Below, piece after piece: positions 29,447 to 39,010 of a DNA stretch of 64,000 bases (position 1 is the stretch's first letter; each line of letters starts with the position of its first letter). The stretch is taken from positions 10,516 through 74,515 of the forward strand of contig JAZDOB010000010.1 in NCBI GenBank assembly GCA_043799105.1. Direction: 5' to 3'. The notes under the pieces were generated by a model. That model saw nothing but the letters and a program-made list of their open reading frames with translations. It made no database searches and was not told where the DNA came from. The translations under genes and the position numbers were made by a program. Source of the DNA: Candidatus Zambryskiibacteriota bacterium. GTDB lineage: Bacteria > Patescibacteriota > Minisyncoccia > Phycocordibacterales > WO2-35-19.

Positions 29447-30928
29447 TTATTTGGTTAAAGCCTGACTATAAAGTTTTGAACGAAGGTTGTTGGCCTTTTT
29501 TGTTCTGCCTTCGGCCATTTTTATTTGAGGCCATATTTTTTCAGGCATTTTCAGATAAAGATCAAAAGTTTTAAGTAATCCCTCAACTTCAAGTGGGGGC
29601 ATTTTTGAAAAATTAAAAGAAGAAGCTTTTGAAACAGGAATTATGCGACTATTTCCATCTCTCAATTTTATCTCGTGTTTTTCACTTATAACGGTTTTTG
29701 GATACGGATAAATTATATAAACATTTGCAGCCTCAACATCAAGCTCTTTGTTTAACCTTATTGTTTCAAACACATTCTTACGTGATTCGTTGGGAAGACC
29801 GATCATATTAAAAGTCGATACCCTAATATTTTCAGTGTTTAGAAGTTTGATAGCGTTTTTAATTTGGTCGTTTGTCATCGTTCTGTTGAGAATTCCTCTC
29901 CGCAATTTTTCATTACCCGATTCAACCCCGACACTTGCTGCTACACAACCCATTTTTTTCAAAAGTTGAACTTTCTTGACAGTTGTGGTTTCTGGTCGAA
30001 CCGAACATCCGAATTTTATGTGGAGTGGCGCTAGTCCGCCAGCCAATTCCTCAAGGTATTCTTCTGATAAAAGCATTATGGAATCATCAGCAAACTTAAA
30101 CCAAGTTGCGCCGAATTTTTCTTTCAAATACGTCAGCTGTTTTATTGTTGTTTTTGGTGATTGAAAACGAAAATACCTGCCGCAATCTTTCAAAGTTTTT
30201 CTCAAAGAACCATTTACACAGTAAGTGCACAATTGAGGACAACCCCGTGACATTGTGTAAAAACTGCCACTGTAAATTTTGCCCATAAAGGGTCGGAAAA
30301 GATGTCTCTCATCAAAAAGTGACCAGTCGGGGATCGGCAACTTATCCATGTCTACAAATGGCCGGCATTCATTAATTTGTATTTTACCGCGTTTCCTAAA
30401 CCCCAAATTTTTTAGATTTGAATAGTCTTTGTGTTTCTCCAGACATTCGCATAATTCCAAAATCAATTCCTCTCCCTCGCCAACACAAGCAAAATCAATC
30501 TCTTTAAATTTCAAAACATCTTCAGGGCAAAGCGTGGCATGGACTCCGCCGACAACAATCTTGCAGTTTGGCTTAACTTTTTTCAAAAGATCTATCACTT
30601 TATCAAACTGGCCCGTCATAACAGAGATGGCTATTAAGTCCGGTTTGAATTCACTCAACTTTTTTTTGAAAGCTTTTTCCAATGATTGAACAGGGTCATT
30701 GGCTACCAAATCTTCAATTGAATACTCGGTTTTCAAATAAATTCCTGCGTTTGCTCTTTTCGGTTCCTGTTCGGTTTTTTGAGTTTTGACAAAAGTAAAA
30801 TCAAATAAACCAACGTTGTAGCCCCCTTTTTTCAAGATTGCAGATAAAGTGGCAATTCCAGAGGGAATACCTATGCTTAAATAATCGTTTGGGTGGACAA
30901 ACAATATTTTAAATTCATGCTTCTTCAT
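29447..30928 (-). CDS. Cobalamin-binding radical SAM enzyme
   Basis: PSGIATL, GGVHAT, GEGE; SRGCPQLCTYC. Confidence 0.9.
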   Translation of the reverse strand: MKKHEFKILFVHPNDYLSIGIPSGIATLSAILKKGGYNVGLFDFTFVKTQKTEQEPKRANAGIYLKTEYSIEDLVANDPVQSLEKAFKKKLSEFKPDLIAISVMTGQFDKVIDLLKKVKPNCKIVVGGVHATLCPEDVLKFKEIDFACVGEGEELILELCECLEKHKDYSNLKNLGFRKRGKIQINECRPFVDMDKLPIPDWSLFDERHLFRPFMGKIYSGSFYTMSRGCPQLCTYCVNGSLRKTLKDCGRYFRFQSPKTTIKQLTYLKEKFGATWFKFADDSIMLLSEEYLEELAGGLAPLHIKFGCSVRPETTTVKKVQLLKKMGCVAASVGVESGNEKLRRGILNRTMTNDQIKNAIKLLNTENIRVSTFNMIGLPNESRKNVFETIRLNKELDVEAANVYIIYPYPKTVISEKHEIKLRDGNSRIIPVSKASSFNFSKMPPLEVEGLLKTFDLYLKMPEKIWPQIKMAEGRTKKANNLRSKLYSQALTK

Positions 30929-30978
30929 TGTTCACCATCATACTTTATAAATATAAAAAAGTATACTCAAGAGCCTTA

Positions 30979-31007
30979 TTGACACCCTATGACACTTCTC
31001 ATATACT
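30979..31007 (+). promoter_or_regulatory. Near-consensus sigma70 promoter for the HTH-ABC-pse operon
   Basis: TTGACA (30979-84), 17 bp, TATACT (31002-07); ATG 10 nt downstream. Confidence 0.8.
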
Positions 31008-31017
31008 TAATGCGACT

Positions 31018-31266
31018 ATGACTGATGAAATAAAATCGCATGCTGTTTATACTACAGGAGAGGCAGAAAAGCTTCTAAAAGTGAGCAATAGCACTATGAA
31101 AAGGCTACTCAAGCATGGTATACTGCGTGCCAATAAAGTAGGCAGACAGTATCGTATTTTAGGCAAAGAGATTTTAAGAGTTATTTCGCCACAACTTGAG
31201 GGAAAAGCTATCGAATCGTATCTGGGTTTGAAACACAAAGTTGTCGATAAAATTAATAAATGGTAA
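31018..31266 (+). CDS. Excisionase/MerR-like helix-turn-helix (HTH_17) protein
   Basis: YTTGEAEKLLKVSNSTMKRLLKHGILRANKVGRQYRI; start placed at ATG 31018, after the promoter. Confidence 0.85.
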   Translation: MTDEIKSHAVYTTGEAEKLLKVSNSTMKRLLKHGILRANKVGRQYRILGKEILRVISPQLEGKAIESYLGLKHKVVDKINKW

Positions 31267-33071
31267 AGAATATGCCTCAAGAAACATCAAAAAAATCGCG
31301 GATTATTTCCTTTCTCAGACTTTACAATTATGGTTTTGGCAAATATAAGTGGCACATAGTTTTTTTGGCGATCTTGGGGTTGTTGGCGGGGTTGCTTGAA
31401 GGAATAGGTGTCAATGCTCTCATCCCACTTTTCTCTTTTATTGTTGGAAGCGGCAGTACGGGAGATGACATAATTTCAAAAACTATAGGAAAAGTATTCC
31501 AGTACACTCACGTGCCCTTTACACTGAAGTACCTACTTATCTTTATGTGTTTGCTTTTTATTCTTCGGGCAGTGGTTTCAATTGCCAGTGGTTATATCAG
31601 AGCCCGTATTGCCAGTGATTATTCCGAAAAGACCAGAAGCGATCTGTTTGCTAAAACTCTTAAAACTAAATGGTCCTATCTCTTAACTCAAAAAATGGGC
31701 CATCTACAGACCGTGCTCATGACCAATGTGTTTAACACAGAAGTGCTTCTGAGTCATATCTCCGGAGTAGTGATTATTGTAAGTAGTCTTGTCGTTTACA
31801 TGTTTATTGCCATAAACATATCAATGTCTACGACACTCTTTACTATTGCGGTGACTGGCGTCTTTTTTGTGGTGTTTAAACCGCTTATGTACAACACTAA
31901 AGTTGCCAATAATGAAATCGAAGGCCTCAACAGGACGGTGGCTCATTTTGTTAATGAAAACGTTCTGGGTATGAAGACAGTAAAAGTTATGCTGGCTGAT
32001 AATAAGGTGATTGATATCGGGAAAGGATATTTTCGGTCCTTGAAAGACCTGACTTCCAGAATTAACTTTTTAAGGGTTATTCCAGATTCGCTAATGCAGC
32101 CTTTTGGGATAATTTTTATAATGATTCTTTTTGCGATCTCCTACAAATTGCCCGGTTTTAACGTTGCCTCTTTTGCCGCAGTAGTTTATCTGATTCAACG
32201 TATATTCCTTTATTTTCAGCAATTACAAGCGAGTGCTCAAATGATAAACGATACGACTCCTTATTTAAGAACTCTTATAAAATTTGAACAGGAAGCAAAC
32301 TCGTTTGAAGAAAAATATCATGGTACAGAGGAGTTTTCTTTCAGTAAAGAACTTGAATTTAAAAATGTTTCTTTTTCGTATCAAAATAGCAAACCGATTT
32401 TAAATGGACTGAACTTTAGAATTAATCAGGGTGAGATGGTTGGACTCATCGGTCCGTCCGGCGCCGGCAAGACTACTATTGTGGATCTTATGCTTCGGCT
32501 TTTTGAACCGACGGGGGGAAATATTTTGGTTGACGGGCGGAATATTTTGGATATTGATTTACGTTCGTGGAGGGAAAATATAGGATATGTGTCGCAAGAT
32601 ATTTTTCTTATGAATGATACGATTGAGAACAATATAAGATTTTATAATTCTGATTTGAAAAATGAGGAATTGATTGAGGCTGCCAAGGCGGCAAATATCT
32701 ATGATTTCGTCGAAACCCTCAAAGAAGGTTTTAATACGATTATTGGAGATCGTGGTGTTACGCTTTCGGCTGGGCAGAGGCAAAGGATAGTAATTGCCAG
32801 GGTATTGGCTCGCAAACCACAGTTTCTTATCCTTGACGAAGCCACCAGCGCCCTTGATAATGAGTCTGAGGTTCAGATTCAAGAGGTCATCGAGAATCTA
32901 AAAGGGAAGATGACCGTTTTGGTGATCGCTCACAGACTTTCAACCATTACCAATGCCGACAAACTTCTGGCGCTTGATGGTGGTAAAATTGTTGAAGAAG
33001 GCAAACCCGAGGAACTCCTCAAAAACGAAGATTCTTATTTCTATAAAATAAATAACCTCAAAAATATATGA
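31260..33071 (+). CDS. ABC transporter permease/ATPase (MsbA/PglK-like glycolipid flippase)
   Basis: N-terminal TM domain; GPSGAGKT, LSAGQRQR, LILDEATSALD. Confidence 0.9.
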   Translation: MVKNMPQETSKKSRIISFLRLYNYGFGKYKWHIVFLAILGLLAGLLEGIGVNALIPLFSFIVGSGSTGDDIISKTIGKVFQYTHVPFTLKYLLIFMCLLFILRAVVSIASGYIRARIASDYSEKTRSDLFAKTLKTKWSYLLTQKMGHLQTVLMTNVFNTEVLLSHISGVVIIVSSLVVYMFIAINISMSTTLFTIAVTGVFFVVFKPLMYNTKVANNEIEGLNRTVAHFVNENVLGMKTVKVMLADNKVIDIGKGYFRSLKDLTSRINFLRVIPDSLMQPFGIIFIMILFAISYKLPGFNVASFAAVVYLIQRIFLYFQQLQASAQMINDTTPYLRTLIKFEQEANSFEEKYHGTEEFSFSKELEFKNVSFSYQNSKPILNGLNFRINQGEMVGLIGPSGAGKTTIVDLMLRLFEPTGGNILVDGRNILDIDLRSWRENIGYVSQDIFLMNDTIENNIRFYNSDLKNEELIEAAKAANIYDFVETLKEGFNTIIGDRGVTLSAGQRQRIVIARVLARKPQFLILDEATSALDNESEVQIQEVIENLKGKMTVLVIAHRLSTITNADKLLALDGGKIVEEGKPEELLKNEDSYFYKINNLKNI

Positions 33072-34096
33072 AGACCGACAATATTTCAAAGACAGATTTT
33101 CTAAAGAATAAAACGGTTTTAATAACCGGAGGCACCGGTTCTTTCGGTAAAAATTTCGCCAAACATTTGCTTGAAAATTCCGATTTAAAAAAACTGATTA
33201 TTTTTAGCCGTGATGAGCTAAAGCAATTTAATATGAGTGCCGAAATAAAAGATGAACGGGTGCGATTTTTTTTGGGGGATATCCGGGATTTACCTCGTCT
33301 GGAGAGAGCTTTTAACGGTGTTGATATCGTAGTACATGCCGCAGCTCTCAAACAAGTGCCAATGCTTGAGTACAATCCTTTTGAAGCTGTAAAAACTAAT
33401 GTTTTAGGCAGTCAAAATGTTATTGATGCCGCCATAGATAAAAAAGTCAAAAAAGTAATTTTAGTTTCCAGTGACAAGGCGGCGCACCCCGTTAATCTTT
33501 ATGGTTCAACCAAACTTTGCGCCGAGAAGCTTTTTATCAGCGGGAATTCATATGCCGGGCAAAAAACAAGATTTAGCTGTGTCAGATACGGAAATGTGGT
33601 TGGCAGCCGCGGAAGTATTGTTGATATCCTTATCAATAATCCGAATATACCCACGGTCAATATAACTCACGAAGAGATGACCAGATTTTGGATTGGTCTG
33701 GATCAGACTTTTAAGTTGGTACTTTTCGCTTTGAAAAATATGATTGGCGGAGAAATATTTGTACCTAAAATTCCAAGCATGAAATTGGTCAATCTCTTTG
33801 ATTGTTTGGCGCCGAAAGCCAAGAAAGTTTTTATCGGTATTAGGCCCGGGGAGAAATTGCATGAAGTGCTTTTGACTGCCGAAGAGGCGCGCCATAGTTT
33901 TGAACTTCAAGGTTATTACGTTATTTTACCCGAATACTGTGAAATCTCCAGCGTAGAGAAAAAATTCAAAGGAATTCTTTCCAAAGCAAAAAAACTGCCA
34001 CCCGACTTTTCTTTTATGAGTCACACTAATAAAAATTGGCTGACAAATGAAGAACTTGCCAAGTTTATAGAAATTAAAAAGAAAAAACATAGTTAA
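33068..34096 (+). CDS. pseB: UDP-N-acetylglucosamine 4,6-dehydratase (inverting)
   Basis: TGGTGSFG, FSRDELKQ, HAAALKQVP, EYNPFEAVKTN, NLYGSTK, RYGNVVGSRGS, MTRFWI, GIRPGEKLHE. Confidence 0.9.
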   Translation: MKTDNISKTDFLKNKTVLITGGTGSFGKNFAKHLLENSDLKKLIIFSRDELKQFNMSAEIKDERVRFFLGDIRDLPRLERAFNGVDIVVHAAALKQVPMLEYNPFEAVKTNVLGSQNVIDAAIDKKVKKVILVSSDKAAHPVNLYGSTKLCAEKLFISGNSYAGQKTRFSCVRYGNVVGSRGSIVDILINNPNIPTVNITHEEMTRFWIGLDQTFKLVLFALKNMIGGEIFVPKIPSMKLVNLFDCLAPKAKKVFIGIRPGEKLHEVLLTAEEARHSFELQGYYVILPEYCEISSVEKKFKGILSKAKKLPPDFSFMSHTNKNWLTNEELAKFIEIKKKKHS

Positions 34097-34104
34097 AAAT
34101 TTTT

Positions 34105-35205
34105 ATGATTCCATATGGCAAACAATCAATAGATGGCAAAGATATAAGAGCAGTTGAATCTGTCCTTAAATCGGATTGGCTCACTCAAGGGCCAAAAATT
34201 GCTGAATTTGAAAATGCCCTGGCTGATTATTGCGGAGCAAAGTTTGCAGTAGCTGTTTCTTCCGGCACTGTCGCACTTCATATCGCTTATCTTGCTTCTG
34301 GTCTGAAAGCTGGAGACGAAGTTGTCACAACCCCAAACACTTTTGTGGCTACCTCCAATATGCTTTTAGCCGTAGGTGCCAAACCAGTTTTTTGCGATAT
34401 TCACTCTGATACCTACAATATTGACGAAACAAAAATTGAAAAACTGATTACAAAAAAAACCAGAGCCATTGCGCCGGTGCATTTTGCAGGGATCCCTTGT
34501 GAAATGGACAAAATAATGAATATAGCAAGAAGACACAAACTCATTGTTATTGAAGATGCCTGCCATGCTTTAGGTGCAAAATATAAAAATAAAAAAATTG
34601 GCAGTATAGGCCATATGACCGTACTCAGTTTCCATCCGGTTAAATCAATTACCACTGGCGAAGGCGGGGCGATTTTAACCGACAATAAAAAATATTATGA
34701 GAGATTGAAATTATTAAGAAGCCATGGGATTTACAAAGATAAAAACGGAAAGAATATTATGACTGAAATGGGCTACAACTACAGGATAACTGATATACAG
34801 GCTTCCCTTGGCATTACTCAATTGAAAAAACTAGACAACTTCATTAAAAAAAGGAAACAAATTGTTTCTTGGTATAAGGAATTTTTACAGGACTGCAAGG
34901 AGATTATTCTTCCGGTGAACAATCCCGATTCTGCAAACCACATTTATATTATCAGAACTAAAAAAATAACGGACAGATTACCGCTCTATAATTTTCTGCG
35001 CAACGCAGGCGTTGGGGTCAATTTCCATTATCCAGCGGTTTATTCTCATCCTTATTACCAAAAGATTGGATATGCCGGTTTGAAATTGCCAATGGAGGAG
35101 GCTTATCAAAATTCTTGCGTCACTCTGCCTTGCTTCCCCGGTTTGTCTAGGGCTTTAATTAAACGAATAGCAAAATCAATAAATTCATTTTATGAATCCC
35201 GTTAG
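34105..35205 (+). CDS. pseC: PseC-type sugar aminotransferase
   Basis: MIPYGKQ, WLTQGP, EDACHALG, SFHPVKSITTGEGG; directly follows pseB. Confidence 0.85.
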   Translation: MIPYGKQSIDGKDIRAVESVLKSDWLTQGPKIAEFENALADYCGAKFAVAVSSGTVALHIAYLASGLKAGDEVVTTPNTFVATSNMLLAVGAKPVFCDIHSDTYNIDETKIEKLITKKTRAIAPVHFAGIPCEMDKIMNIARRHKLIVIEDACHALGAKYKNKKIGSIGHMTVLSFHPVKSITTGEGGAILTDNKKYYERLKLLRSHGIYKDKNGKNIMTEMGYNYRITDIQASLGITQLKKLDNFIKKRKQIVSWYKEFLQDCKEIILPVNNPDSANHIYIIRTKKITDRLPLYNFLRNAGVGVNFHYPAVYSHPYYQKIGYAGLKLPMEEAYQNSCVTLPCFPGLSRALIKRIAKSINSFYESR

Positions 35206-35261
35206 AAGTTAAGAGCTAATGGAATAAATAAAAACAAAAATATGAAAACTTCTAACGGGAT
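35196..35261. repeat. 15-bp perfect inverted repeat spanning the pseC / radical SAM junction
   Basis: atcccgttagaagtt (35196-35210) and aacttctaacgggat (35247-35261). Confidence 0.8.
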
Positions 35262-36681
35262 GAAAAAAATTAAAATTTTAGCGATAAATGTTTGTCTGCG
35301 GCCAAGTAAGCCGCAAATTATGTTTCCTCTCGGCCTGGCCTATGTCTTAAGCGCCGTTCACCGAGCGGGCTATGATTTTGAATTGCTTGACTTGGATAAG
35401 GATAGAAAAAGCGACAAGGAGATTGAAAAGTTCTTGGCAGAAAAGGAGTTTGATGTAGTCGCTTTCGGTTGCATCGTGACTGGCTATAAAATGATAAAAA
35501 ATCTGAGCCGGATGGTAAGAAAAGCTAATAAGAAAGCCGTTATTATAGCCGGAAATTCCGTGGCCGACTCAATCCCGCGCATTCTTTTGTCAAAAACCGA
35601 AGTTGATGTGGCGGTAATAGGGGAAGGGGAGATAACTATTGTTGAAGTTTTAGATAGAATAAAAAATGGCAAGGCGCTTGACGGGGTTAAAGGAATTTGG
35701 TTTAAGCGCGGTGGAAAAATTTTTCAAAACCCAAACAGAGAAGCTATCAAAGATATAGATTCTATACCTTCACCCGTTTGGGATTTATTTGATATGGAAG
35801 CTTACATTAAAGGTTTCCAAGAGTTGATTAACGAACCTTTGCCTATGCCTAGAGAGCAGATTCGCTCTTTTTTGGTGAATGCGGCGAGAGGATGTCCGTT
35901 TCGTTGCACTTTTTGCTATCAAGTTTTTCAACATTATAATTACCGGCATCGTGGAGTGGATTCTATAATCAAAGAAATAAAAAAGTTGCAAAAAAAGTAC
36001 AAGATTAACTATATACTTTTTTGTGACGATCTATCTTTCCCTTCAAAGACTTTGCTTAAGGAATTTGTTGACAGAGTATTAAAAGAGAAATTAAAATTTT
36101 TTTGGACAGCTTCTTGTCGATCTGATTTATTCAATTCGGAAGAAGACGTGCCGTTGTTGAAACGAATAAAAAAATCAGGTTGCGAAGGCTTTGGTTTTTC
36201 TTTGGAATCGGCCAATAAAGAAATTCTAAAAGCCATGAATAAACATTTAGTTCCGGAAAATTTTGTCAGGCAAAAAAAATTGCTGGACAAGGCGGGCATA
36301 TCTTCATGGACAAGCTTAGTGCTTGGGTATCCAGAAGAAACAAAAAAAACCATAAAAGAGACTATGGATCTTTGTTACAAGTGCGACACCTATCCCAGTT
36401 CGGGTTATTTATTGCCCCAACCCGGAACGCCGATGTATAAGTATATATTTGATAAAGGCATAGCCAAAGACGAGGAAAAATATTTATTATCGCTTGGTGA
36501 TCGGCAAGATTTTAGGATTAATCTAACCAAGATGTCGGCAGAGGAATTTCAGGCAGAGGTAAAATATCACTTGTACCGGATTTCGAAAAAATTAAAGCTC
36601 GGTCTGGGTGAAGACAATCTTTTAAAGACGACCTCTTATAAAGGCATAACAGCAAAAAGAAGAGAAGAAGATAATAAATAA
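35242..36681 (+). CDS. Cobalamin-binding radical SAM enzyme (alternative start 35260)
   Basis: PLGLAYV, GEGE; ARGCPFRCTFC. Confidence 0.9.
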   Translation: MKTSNGMKKIKILAINVCLRPSKPQIMFPLGLAYVLSAVHRAGYDFELLDLDKDRKSDKEIEKFLAEKEFDVVAFGCIVTGYKMIKNLSRMVRKANKKAVIIAGNSVADSIPRILLSKTEVDVAVIGEGEITIVEVLDRIKNGKALDGVKGIWFKRGGKIFQNPNREAIKDIDSIPSPVWDLFDMEAYIKGFQELINEPLPMPREQIRSFLVNAARGCPFRCTFCYQVFQHYNYRHRGVDSIIKEIKKLQKKYKINYILFCDDLSFPSKTLLKEFVDRVLKEKLKFFWTASCRSDLFNSEEDVPLLKRIKKSGCEGFGFSLESANKEILKAMNKHLVPENFVRQKKLLDKAGISSWTSLVLGYPEETKKTIKETMDLCYKCDTYPSSGYLLPQPGTPMYKYIFDKGIAKDEEKYLLSLGDRQDFRINLTKMSAEEFQAEVKYHLYRISKKLKLGLGEDNLLKTTSYKGITAKRREEDNK

Positions 36682-36697
36682 AAGCTCATGCAATATA

Positions 36698-37249
36698 TTA
36701 ACGAGGATAAATCAGAATGTCTCCTTTGTCTGAGTATGCGATAATTTTTTTAATCTCATCAATAATCTTGAGGAAAGAGTTGTGAATTTTCCAGTCCTCG
36801 GGATTTCCAACTGCTACAAACCGAATCTCTTCCGGAAGGAATTTTCCCACGGTTCTTTTTACTCTGGGAATATGGTAAGTGCTAGTCACTATAACCAGAT
36901 TCTTAAAATCTTTAGTTAACGGATCAGTGATTAAAATTTCAAACTGCGTCTTGGTATTTATAACACCAAGTTTACTACCGTCCTGAAAATGGCATAGTTC
37001 TTTGGGAATGCCCGACTGCTCCATTTGAGCCAGCTTTTCGGCACGACTCTCGGTAGCCCCGCTGAAGATTACCGGTATGGGACGGCCCAAAACTTTGAGA
37101 ACATTTAGTCCGCATTTTATGCGGGAGATGTCTTCTTCCTTGGGGTCTAAAGCTCCCTGGAGAATAACAAGAGCATCCGCATCTTTTGGAATTATTGGCG
37201 GGTTCTTATACAAATCCTCAAATTCTTTTATAAGCTCAATTGTGTCCAT
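36698..37249 (-). CDS. YdcF (DUF218) family protein
   Basis: DALVILQG, VIFSG, NTKTQ, VTSTYHIPR. Confidence 0.8.
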   Translation of the reverse strand: MDTIELIKEFEDLYKNPPIIPKDADALVILQGALDPKEEDISRIKCGLNVLKVLGRPIPVIFSGATESRAEKLAQMEQSGIPKELCHFQDGSKLGVINTKTQFEILITDPLTKDFKNLVIVTSTYHIPRVKRTVGKFLPEEIRFVAVGNPEDWKIHNSFLKIIDEIKKIIAYSDKGDILIYPR

Positions 37250-37363
37250 GGCTTGATTTAAAGCAGTGTTTATAATAGTATGCTTAAAATTACATGTCCA
37301 GTTTATTGAACATATATAAAACTCTAGAATAAATCAGTTTGCCGAGATCATCAAATAAAAAAG

Positions 37364-37393
37364 AAGGTCGTCCCAAGAACACGGGACGACCTT
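37364..37393 (-). terminator. Intrinsic terminator of the upstream DUF218 paralog
   Basis: 11-bp stem aaggtcgtccc / gggacgacctt with a U-tract on the minus strand. Confidence 0.8.
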
Positions 37394-37412
37394 TTAATTT
37401 CTCTCTCAATCC

Positions 37413-37973
37413 TTAGGAGCGCGGGTGGGCTAGGATATCCCCCTTGGCCGAATACTTAACAATCCTCCCGATCTCACCCATAATCATCAGAAAACTGTTA
37501 CAGATATTCCAGTCTTCAGGGTCTGAAACCACCACAAACCTAGTTTGGGGCGGGAAAAACTTACCCGCTGTTCTCTTTGTCCTAGGGATATGATATGTGC
37601 TCGTTACGATCACCAAGTCTCTCATGTCCATAGTTGGGGGATTGCTGATTAATGCCCCAAACTGGGTCTTGGTATTGGCAACCCCTCGTTTTCCGCAATC
37701 CTGGAAGTGTGAGAGTGATTTTGGCACGCCGAGCTGCTCCATGAGCGCAAGCATCTCGGCCCGTTCCTCCGTTTCGCCACTGTAAATCACCGGAACCGGA
37801 TGGCCCAGGGTATTGAGAACATTCAACCCACACCTTATGCGGGATTCGTTCTCTTCCCTTGGCTCTACCGCCCCCGTTAGGATGACAATTCCATCGGTGC
37901 AGTTTGGTACAATTGGTGGGCTCTGCTTATATAAATCCTCGAACTCCCTCAAGAGTTCGATTTCTGTAACCAT
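37413..37973 (-). CDS. YdcF (DUF218) family protein, paralog of 36698-37249
   Basis: VILTG, VIYSG, NTKTQ, VTSTYHIPR; aligns end to end with its neighbour; SD AAAGGAGG. Confidence 0.8.
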   Translation of the reverse strand: MVTEIELLREFEDLYKQSPPIVPNCTDGIVILTGAVEPREENESRIRCGLNVLNTLGHPVPVIYSGETEERAEMLALMEQLGVPKSLSHFQDCGKRGVANTKTQFGALISNPPTMDMRDLVIVTSTYHIPRTKRTAGKFFPPQTRFVVVSDPEDWNICNSFLMIMGEIGRIVKYSAKGDILAHPRS

Positions 37974-38033
37974 ACAGCCTCCTTTGGTTGTGGGGAAAAA
38001 TCTACCTGAATTTAGAACTTTGAATCTGGTAGT

Positions 38034-38061
38034 ATTATAGCAAATCGTCAGATTTTGTCAA
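38034..38061 (-). promoter_or_regulatory. Consensus sigma70 promoter
   Basis: Minus strand TTGACA-16bp-TATAAT with extended TG. Confidence 0.75.
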
Positions 38062-38089
38062 GTCGATAAAAACTACTATTTGTATTATC

Positions 38090-39010
38090 ATGACCGGGAT
38101 TATGGCTACTTTATTGAACAAACTAACATTAGGAACGGTTCAGTTCGGAATGGATTACGGCATCAATAATCCGAACGGCAAGCCATCTTTGGAAAAGTCC
38201 TTGGAAATGCTGGATTTTGCTTGGGCTAAAGGCATAAGAATTTTTGATACGGCCTATAATTATGGCGAGGCGGAAGAAATTTTAGGAGAATTTGTAAAAA
38301 CTCGTAATCCGGGGGCGGAAATGAAAATTATCACCAAACTGAAGCCCAATATTTTGTCCGAAGAACAGGGCAGAACATCCGACATTATTGAAAATAATTT
38401 AAAGGCTTCTTTAAAGCGACTAAATAGGGATTATGTTGACGGGTATCTTTTTCACACTCCGGCGTACATATATAACAAAGAAGCTGTTGAGGCAATGATT
38501 AGTTTAAAAAAGAAAGATTTGGTTAAAAATATCGGGGTTTCCATTTATGAAGAAAAAGACGCTGTTTATGCCGCCAAAATAAAAGAGTTTGATTACATAC
38601 AAGTTCCATACAGCATATTTGACCAGCGAGTAGATAGAGTTGGTTTTTTTGAAATCGCCAGGAAAAACAATATAAAGGTTTTTGCTCGCAGCGCTTTCTT
38701 GCAGGGTTTATTTTTTATGCCTGAAGACAAAATCCCGTCTCATTTGGAAATCGCCAAGCCTTATTTCAAGAAATTTGACGAGATTATAGGCAAATACGGT
38801 TTGTCCAGACAACAGGTGGCAGTATTGTTTACTCACAAAAATGAAGCCATAAATCATTTGGTTTTCGGGGTAGACAATTTGGAACAACTGAAAGAAGATA
38901 TAGAAATTGCCGAAAGAAATATGGATTGCGAAGATTGTCTCAAAGAGTTAAGGGAGAATTTTATAAACGTTGAGAAAAGCATAATCTTTCCCAGTTTATG
39001 GAAAAAATAA
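38090..39010 (+). CDS. Aldo/keto reductase
   Basis: LGTVQFGMDYG, FDTAYNYG, IITK, YLFH, IGVSIY, ARSAFLQGL. Confidence 0.9.
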   Translation: MTGIMATLLNKLTLGTVQFGMDYGINNPNGKPSLEKSLEMLDFAWAKGIRIFDTAYNYGEAEEILGEFVKTRNPGAEMKIITKLKPNILSEEQGRTSDIIENNLKASLKRLNRDYVDGYLFHTPAYIYNKEAVEAMISLKKKDLVKNIGVSIYEEKDAVYAAKIKEFDYIQVPYSIFDQRVDRVGFFEIARKNNIKVFARSAFLQGLFFMPEDKIPSHLEIAKPYFKKFDEIIGKYGLSRQQVAVLFTHKNEAINHLVFGVDNLEQLKEDIEIAERNMDCEDCLKELRENFINVEKSIIFPSLWKK

